A DNA stretch of 64,000 nucleotides from an uncultured Phycisphaerales bacterium (GTDB lineage Bacteria > Planctomycetota > Phycisphaerae > Phycisphaerales > SM1A02), in the NCBI GenBank assembly GCA_938084645.1, contig CALKEP010000008.1, forward strand, positions 64,001-128,000, read 5' to 3'. Under the pieces are notes generated by a model, which saw only the letters and a program-made list of their open reading frames with translations, did not search any database and was not told the DNA's origin. The number at the start of each line of letters is the position of its first letter. Position 1 is the stretch's first letter. The position numbers were made by a program, and so were the translations under genes. Shown piece by piece: positions 21,642-32,289 of the stretch.

Positions 21642-21669
21642 GTTAAGAAAACGTAAAGGAACCGTGAAG
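21642..21669 (-). promoter_or_regulatory. Putative Pho box (PhoB-binding direct repeats) upstream of pstS
   Basis: The minus strand reads CTTCAC-N5-CTTTAC-N5-CTTAAC at exact 11-nt period, in an AT-rich patch about 90 nt upstream of pstS. Confidence 0.75.
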
Positions 21670-21696
21670 CGTTGAGGTGATCTTTCGAAACGGGCC

Positions 21697-23091
21697 TCAA
21701 TGGGCCGGGAGGGTGATCTTGAAGGCGGATCCCGCTCCGACTCGGGAGCGGGCCTCGATCCGTCCACCCAGCGAGGTGGCGATGTGCTTGACGATCGCGA
21801 GGCCGAGGCCGGTCCCCCCGAGCTCCCGGCTGCGGCTCCGATCGACCCGGTAGAACCGCTCGAAGATCCGATCCAGGTGCTCGCTCGAGATCCCGTCGCC
21901 GAAGTCCTCGACCTCGATGGTCACCTCGCCCTCGATCACGCGTGCCTTGACCTCCACCGGTCGGGTGGTCCCGCCGTACTTCACGGCGTTGGTGACCAGA
22001 TTTCCGACCGCCTGTTCCAGCAGCGGGCGGGTGCCCTGCACCCGGGGATCCCCTTCGATCTTCACGATGATCTCCGGCCCGGCTGGCGTGCCCGGGTCAT
22101 CGTCGGTGGCGGCGCTCTTCACCGAATCGACCACCGATTCGATGATGGAGGCGACGGAGATCGCCTCGAGCTCCAGAACGGACCGGCGTTCGGGATCCTC
22201 GATTCTGGCGAGCGTGAGGAGATCCTCGATGATGTTCGAGAGCCGTTGCCCGTTGCGGACGATGACGTCGCCGCACTTTCGAACCAGCGCCGGATCGTCG
22301 GTCTCCTGCAGCAGTTCCGCATATCCGTTGATCGACGTGATCGGCGTCCGCAGTTCGTGCGAGACGTTCGCGGCGAAGTCCGTCCGAATCCGCTCCAGCT
22401 GTCGCAAGCGGGTGGTCTCCTCGAGCAGGATCACCGTGCCGATCGCGACGCCACGGCCGTCGGTGAGCGGTTCCGCCACCAGTTCGGCGATCCGCGTCGA
22501 ACGCTCGAACGGGATCTCCGTCATGTAGCGGACCCCGGATCGCCTCGAGGCCTTGACCGCTTCCTGGAGGGCTGGTTCGCGAATGACCTCCTGGAGCAGG
22601 CGGCCTCTGATCTCGACGTCCGCGAGTGCGAACATCCCGAGCGCCGCGGCGTTGAGTCGAATGATCCGCTGTTCCCGGTCGAGGGCGATCAGGCCGTTCG
22701 ACATCGACTGCAGGATCGAAAACATCTCCGAGGTCTGGACCTGGAGGGCATCGATGTTCGAGTCGAGTTCGCCGGCCATCGCGTTGAGCGCGACGGCGAG
22801 TTCGCGGAATTCGTTGGCAGCGTCCTCCCGAAGCCTGCCCGAGAAGTCGCCGTCGGCGAATCGACGGGCGGCATCCGTCGCGCGGCGGGTCTGGCGACCG
22901 ATCGATCGCGCGAGCATCGCGAGGATCAGGATCGTCGCCACCGAGATCGCTGCCACCACCATGGTCACCAGGGAGGCCGCCGCTTGATCGTCGCCGGCCA
23001 CCGAGACCGCGACGACCCACACCACCGCCTGCACCGCAAGAAGGGTGAGGGCGTTCCGCCAGAGAAGACTTCGTCCCAGCCTGATCGTCAA
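21697..23091 (-). CDS. phoR: Phosphate regulon sensor histidine kinase
   Basis: Two TMs, HAMP and PAS domains, FAANVSHELRTP H-box, NLVTNAVKY, FERFYRVDRSRSR and GGTGLGLAIVKH. TTG start overlaps the phoB stop. Confidence 0.93.
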   Translation of the reverse strand: MTIRLGRSLLWRNALTLLAVQAVVWVVAVSVAGDDQAAASLVTMVVAAISVATILILAMLARSIGRQTRRATDAARRFADGDFSGRLREDAANEFRELAVALNAMAGELDSNIDALQVQTSEMFSILQSMSNGLIALDREQRIIRLNAAALGMFALADVEIRGRLLQEVIREPALQEAVKASRRSGVRYMTEIPFERSTRIAELVAEPLTDGRGVAIGTVILLEETTRLRQLERIRTDFAANVSHELRTPITSINGYAELLQETDDPALVRKCGDVIVRNGQRLSNIIEDLLTLARIEDPERRSVLELEAISVASIIESVVDSVKSAATDDDPGTPAGPEIIVKIEGDPRVQGTRPLLEQAVGNLVTNAVKYGGTTRPVEVKARVIEGEVTIEVEDFGDGISSEHLDRIFERFYRVDRSRSRELGGTGLGLAIVKHIATSLGGRIEARSRVGAGSAFKITLPAH

Positions 23092-23813
23092 TCTCGCATG
23101 GGGGCGGGGAGTCGATCCGAGAACCGATATCCCACCCCTCTGACCGTCTCGATGCACCTGCCGAACTCACCCAGCTTTCGCCGAAGGGCGGTGACGTGCA
23201 CGTCGACCGTCCTGGTGGAAAGGACCATCGACCGGCCGTGGATCGCCGAGATGATCTGGTCACGCGAACGAACGAAGCCGGGACGCGACGCAAGATACCG
23301 GAGGAGACTGAACTCCGTGTAGGTGAGCGGGATCTCGTCTCCGTCGATCAGGACGAGGTGGCGGGCCGAGTCGATCACCAGTCGCTGGTCGAAGAGCGCG
23401 ACGCGTTCGCTCGAGGATTCCGGGTCCTCGAGCAGGAATTCGTCGTGCCGCCGGAGGATGTTCGTGACGCGAGCGACGAGCACCCTCGGGCTGAAGGGCT
23501 TGACGACGTAGTCTTCGGCGCCGACCTCGATCCCGGAGATCACGTCGGAATCCTCACCCTTCGCGGTCACCATGATGATCGGAATGGACCTCGTCGACGG
23601 CTCGGACTTGAGACGACGGCAGACATCCATGCCGTCCACGTCGGGGAGCATTCGATCCAGGACGATGAGGTCCGGTGGAGTCCGTCGAATCTCCGTGAGC
23701 GCGTCGCGGCCCGAGTGCACGATCGAGCAGTTCATGCCCTCTCTCGAGAGATGGAACTCGATCAGCTCCGCGATTTCAGGTTCATCTTCAACGATCAGGA
23801 CGCCTGCCGGCAT
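23088..23813 (-). CDS. phoB: OmpR/PhoB-family response regulator
   Basis: VEDE, LDRMLP and KPFS receiver motifs; winged helix RTVDVHV...LRRKLG...IETVRGVGY; GAGGAG RBS; upstream of phoR-pst. Confidence 0.9.
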   Translation of the reverse strand: MPAGVLIVEDEPEIAELIEFHLSREGMNCSIVHSGRDALTEIRRTPPDLIVLDRMLPDVDGMDVCRRLKSEPSTRSIPIIMVTAKGEDSDVISGIEVGAEDYVVKPFSPRVLVARVTNILRRHDEFLLEDPESSSERVALFDQRLVIDSARHLVLIDGDEIPLTYTEFSLLRYLASRPGFVRSRDQIISAIHGRSMVLSTRTVDVHVTALRRKLGEFGRCIETVRGVGYRFSDRLPAPMRD

Positions 23814-23893
23814 GGACGAATCTCCTCGAAGTCCTCAGACACCATTGTCGATGCCGCAGCCCGGCCGTGGCAAGTGTTCGATTTGCAGCGTGT

Positions 23894-25045
23894 TCAGGCT
23901 TTGTCAAGAAAACCCAGCCCGCACCATCTTCCAACGGGAATCGGCGGCTCGCGGCGGCCGGTCGAGGTCGGATCCGTGATCGGAACACCGTCAAGGGCGA
24001 GCAGACCGAGGATCGCCATCGCGGCGGCCTCGCGGGCCTGCGCGGGAACGTCGATTTCGTCGGAAACGCGGACCGGGCAATCGGTCCGGCCCTCGATCTC
24101 CATGACCAGGCGTCGGTTGAGAACACCGCCACCCGCGAGCACGAGCTCGGTGGGGCGTGGGATGCCGCGGTCGTTGCAGCGGGACTCGATGCAGTCGATC
24201 AGGGACGACGCGACGGCGTGATGCAGGGTTGCGAGCCCGTCCGCCGGGGAGGCCGCGGACCGAGCGATCTCGATCGCGTGTTCCCGCATCTCGTCGCCGT
24301 CGCCTCCGGACCGTCCAGCCTGAAACAATCCCGAGATCGAATCTCGAAGTCGCGATGCGGCCTCGGCGTCAGGGGTACCGGCCATCGCCACCTCGCCGTC
24401 GACGTCGAAAGGGGTTCCCAGCAGCGCTTCGGCCGCGGCGTCGAGGACATGATTGCAGGGGCAGCAGTCGAATCCTTCGACGTCGACGAAGCGTTCGGTC
24501 TCGATCTCGGGGACGTCAGGGAGCACGGTCACGTTCACGAAGCCGCCGAGGTTGACGATGGCGAGCGTTCCCTCGGGCACGCGGTGATCGTGGTAGAGAA
24601 CCGCATCCGCCCGGGGAGTGATCGGCGCACCTGTGCCACCTCCTGCGAGGTCCGCGCCACGGAGATCGTGAACGACCGGGCATGCCGCCTCGCGAACGAT
24701 CGGCCAGGGATCGAGGAGTTGAAGGGAGTCGGGCGGCGCGTGGGTCACGGTCTGGCCGTGGGCGGCGACGAGTGCGAGGGACCGCTCGCCACGGCATCGG
24801 TTCAGCAGTTCGGCGTGCAGCTCGCCGAACCGTCGCGACAGGCGAGTGATCTGGGCGGCGGTCATCGCTTCGCCCCGGGCGAATGCGGTCAGCGCCGGCC
24901 GCAGGTCGTCAAGCGGTGCATGGACGTGGTCGACGATCCTCGCCGAGAGCGTGGTCCCGAAACCGCGCGCCTCGATCACGGCGGCATCGATGCCGTCGAC
25001 GCTGGTCCCCGTCATGAAGCCCACCGCGTATCGAGGATCGTTCAT
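23894..25045 (-). CDS. anmK: Anhydro-N-acetylmuramic acid kinase
   Basis: [42 protein letters not shown] and REAAAMA motifs. Confidence 0.9.
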   Translation of the reverse strand: MNDPRYAVGFMTGTSVDGIDAAVIEARGFGTTLSARIVDHVHAPLDDLRPALTAFARGEAMTAAQITRLSRRFGELHAELLNRCRGERSLALVAAHGQTVTHAPPDSLQLLDPWPIVREAACPVVHDLRGADLAGGGTGAPITPRADAVLYHDHRVPEGTLAIVNLGGFVNVTVLPDVPEIETERFVDVEGFDCCPCNHVLDAAAEALLGTPFDVDGEVAMAGTPDAEAASRLRDSISGLFQAGRSGGDGDEMREHAIEIARSAASPADGLATLHHAVASSLIDCIESRCNDRGIPRPTELVLAGGGVLNRRLVMEIEGRTDCPVRVSDEIDVPAQAREAAAMAILGLLALDGVPITDPTSTGRREPPIPVGRWCGLGFLDKA

Positions 25046-25157
25046 TCGGCGAAATCCCGGTTTGAACAAGGGGACCGTGACGGGGAACGCCGATACTCTA
25101 TCGTCGCCGGGCGAGGTCCCGGCGTCGACGCTCATTGCCCCACAGGAAGCAGACTCG

Positions 25158-26129
25158 ATGCTCAAGCGGATTCTCGTCACCGGCGGTGCAGGTTTTCTCG
25201 GTTCGCATCTCTGCGACCGGCTGGTCGAGCAGGGTAATCAGGTGATCTGCCTCGACAATCTCTTCACAAGCCAGAAGTCGAACATCGAGCATCTGATCGG
25301 TCGTCCGAACTTCGAATTCGTCCGTCACGACGTGATCGATCCCTACAAGGTCGAGGTCGACCAGATCTACAACCTCGCCTGTCCCGCCGCCCCCGGGCAC
25401 TACCAGTACAACCCGATCAAGACGATCAAGACCTCCGTGATGGGGGCGATCAACATGCTCGGGCTCGCCAAGCGACTGAACGCGAGGATTCTGCAGGCCT
25501 CGACCAGCGAGGTCTACGGTGATCCCGAGATCCATCCGCAGCCGGAGTCCTACCGGGGCAGCGTGAACCCGATCGGGATCCGCGCCTGCTACGACGAGGG
25601 GAAGCGGGCGGCCGAGACGCTGATGTTCGACTACCACCGGCAGAACAAGGTCAACGTCCGCGTGGTCCGGATCTTCAACACCTACGGCCCGAGAATGCAT
25701 CCCTACGACGGCCGGGTGGTGAGCAACTTCATCCGACAGGCGTTGGCTGGAGAACCGATCACGATCTACGGCGATGGATCGCAGTCCCGCTCCTTCTGTT
25801 ATTGCGACGATCTCCTCGATGCGATCATGGGCATGATGAACGGCCCCGATGACTTCCACGGCCCCGTGAACATCGGCAATCCCGGCGAGTTCACCATCCG
25901 CGAACTCGCGGAGCTGGTGGTCGAGATCGCGGGCACCGGGGTCGAGATCGTGCAGGCTCGCCCGCTCCCGCAGGACGATCCCCTCCAGCGACAGCCCGAC
26001 ATCACGCTGGCGCGGGAGAAGCTGGGTTGGGAGCCGAGGATCGCGCTGCGTGAGGGGCTCCAGCGGACGATCGACTGGTTCCGCAACGCCGATCTCTCGC
26101 AGTACCGGCCGCCGACGCCGCACTATTGA
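25158..26129 (+). CDS. UDP-glucuronate decarboxylase (UDP-xylose synthase) family SDR
   Basis: [35 protein letters not shown] and [10 protein letters not shown] motifs. Confidence 0.95.
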   Translation: MLKRILVTGGAGFLGSHLCDRLVEQGNQVICLDNLFTSQKSNIEHLIGRPNFEFVRHDVIDPYKVEVDQIYNLACPAAPGHYQYNPIKTIKTSVMGAINMLGLAKRLNARILQASTSEVYGDPEIHPQPESYRGSVNPIGIRACYDEGKRAAETLMFDYHRQNKVNVRVVRIFNTYGPRMHPYDGRVVSNFIRQALAGEPITIYGDGSQSRSFCYCDDLLDAIMGMMNGPDDFHGPVNIGNPGEFTIRELAELVVEIAGTGVEIVQARPLPQDDPLQRQPDITLAREKLGWEPRIALREGLQRTIDWFRNADLSQYRPPTPHY

Positions 26130-26160
26130 GCCGCGCGGGGGATCCGTTCGCGGACGGGGT

Positions 26161-27126
26161 TCAGATTCGCCAGAGACGGGCGGCGGATCTCGGCGACACG
26201 ACGGTACACGCGGCGCCGACGAGGAACATTCCGTAGTAGGCCGTCATGATCATCATGATCGGGGGAAGCTCCATCGCGGAGGCCCCGATGTCATGGCGTT
26301 GACGCATCGCGACCCGGGCCGTCTGCCGGATTCGCCTTCCGGCATGTCGAAGGGAGCTTCCGATCATCGACCAGCGCGGGCGATCGCGTCGTCGTGCATC
26401 GGCGACGTGGTCACGACCCTCGGCGAGCGCTCGGACGGCGAGGTGTCCGATCGTGGTCGCGGGGGGTGGGTGACTCACGGTGGCTGCGTACGCCAACGCG
26501 ACCTGCGAGCCATCGAGGTGTCGGTCGGCAAGCCATCGCTGGCATGAGCCCCGCGTCGCGCCGTCCGGAAGCATGGGGAAGGGATTCGCCAGGAACTCGG
26601 TTCGGCGGACGAGAAGATTGTTCGCGAAGATGAACTCCGCGGGATCGACGATCCGTCGGATGCGTGGCCGAACGGGGAAGAACCATCCAGCCGCGAATGC
26701 CCGACCGATCAGGGAGTCGGTGTCGACATAGGACACGCCGCCTACCGCGATCCGATCGAAATCCGTCGCGAGTTCGGTGTGGAGGAGCCTCAGCCAGTCG
26801 GCGTCTGGAATCACGTCACTGTCGAGAAAGAGGAGGAGATCACCGGAAGCGCGGTTCGCGCCCTCGTTCTTCAGCTCGTAGTAATGCAGCCCCTCCGCAG
26901 TCTCGATCCGCCAGGCGATTCCGGCTTCGCGGCCCTTCGAGAGAATGGGCTCGACCGATCGCTGGAGGTCATTCACATCGACCGCCTCGGGGTCGACCAG
27001 GATGAGGATCTCCGTCTCGAGGTCCAGATCGGTGATCTGGCCCAGCACCGTGTTGAGCATGAGACATCCGCGGTCGTCTCCAGAGAGGATCGCGTTCTCC
27101 CACTCGATGATCACGGTGCAGTCCAC
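26161..27126 (-). CDS. Glycosyltransferase family 2 protein
   Basis: YYELKNEGANRASGDLLLFLDSD (GT-A DxD region) and a C-terminal hydrophobic segment. GTG start inferred. Confidence 0.8.
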   Translation of the reverse strand: MDCTVIIEWENAILSGDDRGCLMLNTVLGQITDLDLETEILILVDPEAVDVNDLQRSVEPILSKGREAGIAWRIETAEGLHYYELKNEGANRASGDLLLFLDSDVIPDADWLRLLHTELATDFDRIAVGGVSYVDTDSLIGRAFAAGWFFPVRPRIRRIVDPAEFIFANNLLVRRTEFLANPFPMLPDGATRGSCQRWLADRHLDGSQVALAYAATVSHPPPATTIGHLAVRALAEGRDHVADARRRDRPRWSMIGSSLRHAGRRIRQTARVAMRQRHDIGASAMELPPIMMIMTAYYGMFLVGAACTVVSPRSAARLWRI

Positions 27127-27257
27127 GGCTCGTACTATGGCTCCGTAAGTGACAATTCCAAGGGGCCTTGGATCCCCGTGGCGATTTTGGTTCGTGCTTC
27201 GGGCGCAGGCCGGGGTCACCGGGGTGTTTCGCCGCTCGGAATCCGTCTCTGGACGCC

Positions 27258-27351
27258 TTGACAGGCCCGGGCGGGGGGTCGACACTATGTTTCCGAACAA
27301 AGACCGAACGGATTTCGGGGCTTTTTCCGATGATGTTCGGTCAGCGTTCGG
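27258..27351 (+). promoter_or_regulatory. Sigma70-type promoter with operator-like repeats upstream of recA
   Basis: TTGACA (27258) -17 nt- GACACT (27281), then CCGAAC at 27293 and 27304 and GTTCGG at 27335 and 27346. Confidence 0.6.
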
Positions 27352-27781
27352 TATCCGCTCCGTGTGCTACCCGACGGCGAATCATGAAGATCCCCACCCT
27401 TTCAATCTCCACCACTTCGACGGACGCACCAACCCCATCCGGGGTCGACCGTCGGCGGACGCGTCGGTCGGGAGAATCCGCCGATTGCGGAGATCGGCTG
27501 GAGACGGGTTCTACGATTCGGACGCAGTTTCACGACCCGCCGATCGAGCGTCGTCGACACGCTCCGACCTTCAAGCGGAGCGCGAGATCCCCATGAGCCA
27601 CTTGATCCAAGGGAGATCGGGTGGCTTCGGAGACGAGCCGGACGACGAAGAACGCCCGCCCGGATCATCCGACGCCCGCGACTCACCACGCAGAACCTCA
27701 GTCCCTCGAACCCCTCGACTCGACAAGAACCCGGATCACCGACGGATCGATCCGACCATCGCAACGGAAGGCGAAGACACC

Positions 27782-28945
<1,164 letters not shown>

Positions 28946-29039
28946 CCATGACGTTGTTCGACTCGGGCGATTCAGCCCGGTCGACCGGTCCTCCGGTTTG
29001 AATCGGTCCCGGAAATCGATCCCGAGAGACGATCTGAAC

Positions 29040-29075
29040 ACACCCCTCCGTGCGGAAGTACGGAGGGGTGTTTTC
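29040..29075 (+). terminator. Intrinsic terminator after recA
   Basis: ACACCCCTCCGTGC-GGAA-GTACGGAGGGGTGT stem (one G-U pair) followed by TTT. Confidence 0.75.
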
Positions 29076-29131
29076 GAGAGTCCGGCAGGGGTTCCTTCGG
29101 TGACAGGGCATCGGGGAGACGGTTCGAGATG

Positions 29132-29159
29132 TTGACGCGTTCGGGGAATCGGCTACCCT
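29132..29159 (+). promoter_or_regulatory. Putative tRNA promoter
   Basis: TTGACG-N16-TACCCT about 40 nt upstream of the tRNA. Confidence 0.55.
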
Positions 29160-29197
29160 GCGACGTTCCTCGCGAGCGAGGATTCCACCCAGGCCCC

Positions 29198-29283
29198 GCG
29201 GGTGTGGCGGAATTGGCAGACGCGCTAGATTCAGGTTCTAGTGGGAGTAAAATCCCGTGGAGGTTCGAGCCCTCTCACCCGCA
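29198..29283 (+). tRNA. tRNA-Leu(CAG)
   Basis: Acceptor stem GCGGGTG/CACCCGC with discriminator A; D-arm GGCGGAATTGGCAGACGC; anticodon stem CTAGA/TCTAG with loop TT-CAG-GT; long variable arm GGGA/TCCC; T-loop GGTTCGAGCC. CCA is not encoded. Confidence 0.97.
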
Positions 29284-29286
29284 TTC

Positions 29287-29326
29287 ACGAGAACGCCCCG
29301 TCCAGCGATGGACGGGGCGTTCTCGT
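29287..29326. terminator. Perfect 18-bp hairpin immediately after tRNA-Leu (likely terminator, possibly bidirectional)
   Basis: ACGAGAACGCCCCGTCCA-GCGA-TGGACGGGGCGTTCTCGT between convergent genes. Confidence 0.8.
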
Positions 29327-29380
29327 TGAATCGGTTGGAGATCCCGGCGTTGGTCCGCCGTCGCTGGTGGCGAGGCCGGA

Positions 29381-29830
29381 TCAACCGGCGGTTCGCGCGT
29401 CACGGCCGTCGATCGACTCCTTGGAAACCGAGGAATCCGCGGTGTGGTCGTCGAATGCGCCTGCGGCGTGGAGGTACTCGATCTTCTCGATCCACCCCCG
29501 CGGAATCTTGGTGATCCCGCCCATCTGGTCGATGGTCATCGTGTCGGTGACCGCGATCTGTTCCTCGTCGGCGTGAACCAGCAGGCCGATGGTGTGCACC
29601 GTGGTCAGCGGGCGTCGTGCGAACTCGAGCATCTCCTCGCAGTCCTCCCAGCCCGGCCCGCCCTGGCTCTCGGCATCCTTCCAGCGGATGGAGACCATCG
29701 CGTGCGGGTGACCGGACCCGACCTGCCCGGTCCGCTCGCCCTGGGGGCGCGACGCGGCATCGACCTCGCCCGACGGACGGTTTCCCGGGAGTCGGTGGGG
29801 GCCCTGATCGATCGGTTCTCGCGGTGTCAT
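29381..29830 (-). CDS. Hypothetical protein with a small beta-rich, phage-type domain
   Basis: Core MVSIRWKDAESQGGPGW...VHTIGLLVHADEEQIAV...GGITKIPRGWIEKIEYL. Start uncertain. Confidence 0.65.
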   Translation of the reverse strand: MTPREPIDQGPHRLPGNRPSGEVDAASRPQGERTGQVGSGHPHAMVSIRWKDAESQGGPGWEDCEEMLEFARRPLTTVHTIGLLVHADEEQIAVTDTMTIDQMGGITKIPRGWIEKIEYLHAAGAFDDHTADSSVSKESIDGRDARTAG

Positions 29831-30002
29831 GTCCGGTCCTTTCCACGCATCTCGGGTCGCGACCCGGCGGCCGCGATCGCGACCACCTCTCTGGTCAACG
29901 GCTCGATTCCGCATGCGGTTCGACCGAACATCGATACCGGTCTCGATCGACGGTTCTCGGACGTCGGCCCACCTCGGAGGGCGACCGATGGCGGGGGCGG
30001 CG

Positions 30003-32180
30003 TCAAGGCCGGGCGAGCGGATCCGCGGCCGGCGCCTTGCAGAACGCATCGATGTCGGTGATTCGAATCATCGCGGCATCGGCGGCCCGGCGGATCCGGA
30101 CGGTCGGGCCGAGATCGAGTTCCGCGAGCAGGCGTCCGGCCTGCCCCGGCCGGTCGCGGACTTCCTCCAGACGGCGCAGAAACACCGAGCGGAGTTCGGC
30201 CCGCGGGGAGCTCGCCTCGAAGGCGTCGAGCCTGCGATACGGAAACAGGTCGTCGAGATCGGCGAACGGCTCGGCCACCGACTGCCGGGGCGGTCGAGGC
30301 GACCCCGTCGTGACGATGGCCCGGCCGTCGGCGACGGCGAAGATCGAATACAGCCGTCCAGGCGGGATCGCGGCGAGCGACGTCGCCGCCGTTTCCGCCT
30401 CGTCACGGCGAAGGTTCCGGAGGGTTGTAGCGGTGAATCGGTCCGCATCCAGTCGCGTCGCGGTCGACGCATCCAGTCCGTCGAACCGGGGCAGCTTCGC
30501 GGCCGCGTCCGCGATCAGCATGCGAAGCACCGGGTCCGCTCGCATCGTTCCGGCATCGCTGGTCGCGAGCAGGTCGGCGATGTCCTCGATGATCGCGGCG
30601 GCGAGGCGGACTCGTGCGATCCCCGGGTCGCGGATCAGGTGCGCGGCGAGCGAAAGGGTGATCGCGATCTCGTTCGCGGCCACATAACGTTCGTCCTCCA
30701 CCGTCAGGACGTCGTCGCCGGAGACCGGCATCGAGGCGGCCCGTCGCAGGCGACTGGACGCATCGGCGAGATACCCCCGAGCGGCGGCACGAATCGCCGC
30801 GAGGCCTTCTTCGTGGTCGGATTGCGGGGTGCGTCGTTCGTCGAAGTCGGCCTCCGTGATCGCCGCGGCGTCGAGTCCGAGCGTCAACTGGTTCGAGGCC
30901 ATCGGATCGAAGGCATCACGCCAGATCGGGCCCGGATCGCTCACCTCGTCCGGGTCGAGGCCCTCGACCTCGGTGAATGCTCGCTTCCCGAGAACTGCGA
31001 GGCCCGCACGCTGCGCATCATCGGACAGGGTCAGCATGCCCCGGCCGATCTGGATCCAGAGAATGGCGGCGTTTCGAATCTGGTCCGGCGAGATTCGGCC
31101 CGACGCGACCGCGTCGAGGCCGCGGATCCGATCGTGAAGGGTTCGTTCGACGCGGAGCCGCGCTCGGGCGATCTGGGTCATCGATGGAATGAGCATTCTG
31201 AGGGCCTCGGGAAGGTCCGACGCCGCGAGTTCCCGCTCGAGACCGGCGAGGGTGTCGATTCCGCGATCCCGATCCGGGTCGTCGAACGCGAGCTGGATCC
31301 GGTCGAACACGCCAGTCATCCGGTCCCGAAGCTCGTCGCCGGCATCGGGGAGTCGGGTGAACGACTCGATGAATCCATCCCCGAACGCGTCGCGATAGAG
31401 CTCGAGATCCGCCTCGACCGGAGGCTCCCCGTTCTTGCCGAGGATGGCGTCGATCGACTGCATGAACAGGAGGCGTTCTCCGTCGACGCACGCACCGAAG
31501 TGGAAGGGATCCTCCTCTTCGCGCAGCGAGGAGAGGCTGTCCAGCAGGTTCGTGGCCGTCTCGACGTCGATCAGGCCGTTCGCGATCGCGAGTTCCATCG
31601 TCTGGTCGGATCGCTGGTACATCGCCGCGCCGACGAGCGATCCGATGGCGGTGCCATCCTGGCCGGCATGGGCCGAGATTTCGTTCGAGGTACCGAGCCA
31701 CTCGACCGCGGCGTCCACGTCGCCCGCGATGGTGGCGCGTCGGGCGAGGTGCGAGCTGACTCGGGAGATCTCCCGCATCGGCTTGAGATGCGGGAGCAGG
31801 ACCATGAATCCATCGCTGAGATCGATTCCCGCGTCGAATCGCGGGGTACCCCGCAGATCTCGAATGAGCGGGGCGATCGACTCCGCCTTTTCGAAGTACC
31901 GGCGGGCCGCACCGCGAGGCGCTTCCAGTGGTCCATCCTGCCACTCGAAGATCGCGTCGTACTCGTCATCCGTGAAGAAGCCGGGAGACCGGGCCCCCTC
32001 CGGATCGTCCCAGTTCGGGCTGATGACGTCGAAGAGCCTTCGCCAGGCGTCGTAGGCGTTCTCGTCCTGCGCGGTCGCGGTCGGGGCCACGATCGATGCG
32101 ACCACGACCAGCGACGCGACGACCGACCCGAGCTTCGTGACCATCGCGAATCGAAGCGATCGGGAAGGTGTGTCGCGCAT
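30003..32180 (-). CDS. Secreted all-helical hypothetical protein
   Basis: Signal peptide ending ATA-Q; 725-aa ORF with typical codon usage; GGAGG upstream. Confidence 0.75.
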   Translation of the reverse strand: MRDTPSRSLRFAMVTKLGSVVASLVVVASIVAPTATAQDENAYDAWRRLFDVISPNWDDPEGARSPGFFTDDEYDAIFEWQDGPLEAPRGAARRYFEKAESIAPLIRDLRGTPRFDAGIDLSDGFMVLLPHLKPMREISRVSSHLARRATIAGDVDAAVEWLGTSNEISAHAGQDGTAIGSLVGAAMYQRSDQTMELAIANGLIDVETATNLLDSLSSLREEEDPFHFGACVDGERLLFMQSIDAILGKNGEPPVEADLELYRDAFGDGFIESFTRLPDAGDELRDRMTGVFDRIQLAFDDPDRDRGIDTLAGLERELAASDLPEALRMLIPSMTQIARARLRVERTLHDRIRGLDAVASGRISPDQIRNAAILWIQIGRGMLTLSDDAQRAGLAVLGKRAFTEVEGLDPDEVSDPGPIWRDAFDPMASNQLTLGLDAAAITEADFDERRTPQSDHEEGLAAIRAAARGYLADASSRLRRAASMPVSGDDVLTVEDERYVAANEIAITLSLAAHLIRDPGIARVRLAAAIIEDIADLLATSDAGTMRADPVLRMLIADAAAKLPRFDGLDASTATRLDADRFTATTLRNLRRDEAETAATSLAAIPPGRLYSIFAVADGRAIVTTGSPRPPRQSVAEPFADLDDLFPYRRLDAFEASSPRAELRSVFLRRLEEVRDRPGQAGRLLAELDLGPTVRIRRAADAAMIRITDIDAFCKAPAADPLARP

Positions 32181-32289
32181 GGCCGGAGCCTCCGTCTGGT
32201 TCGCTGGATTCGATCACGCCGTTGCTGACCGGTGCGATCCGGATCTTCCGTCATTCATGAAATGGCGAGCATCGGTTCCCGGTGTCCGC

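Noticed and set aside
29198..32180. Prophage or genomic island integrated at tRNA-Leu
   Set aside because: No integrase, no duplicated tRNA 3' end seen by eye, no structural phage genes and no obvious compositional shift.
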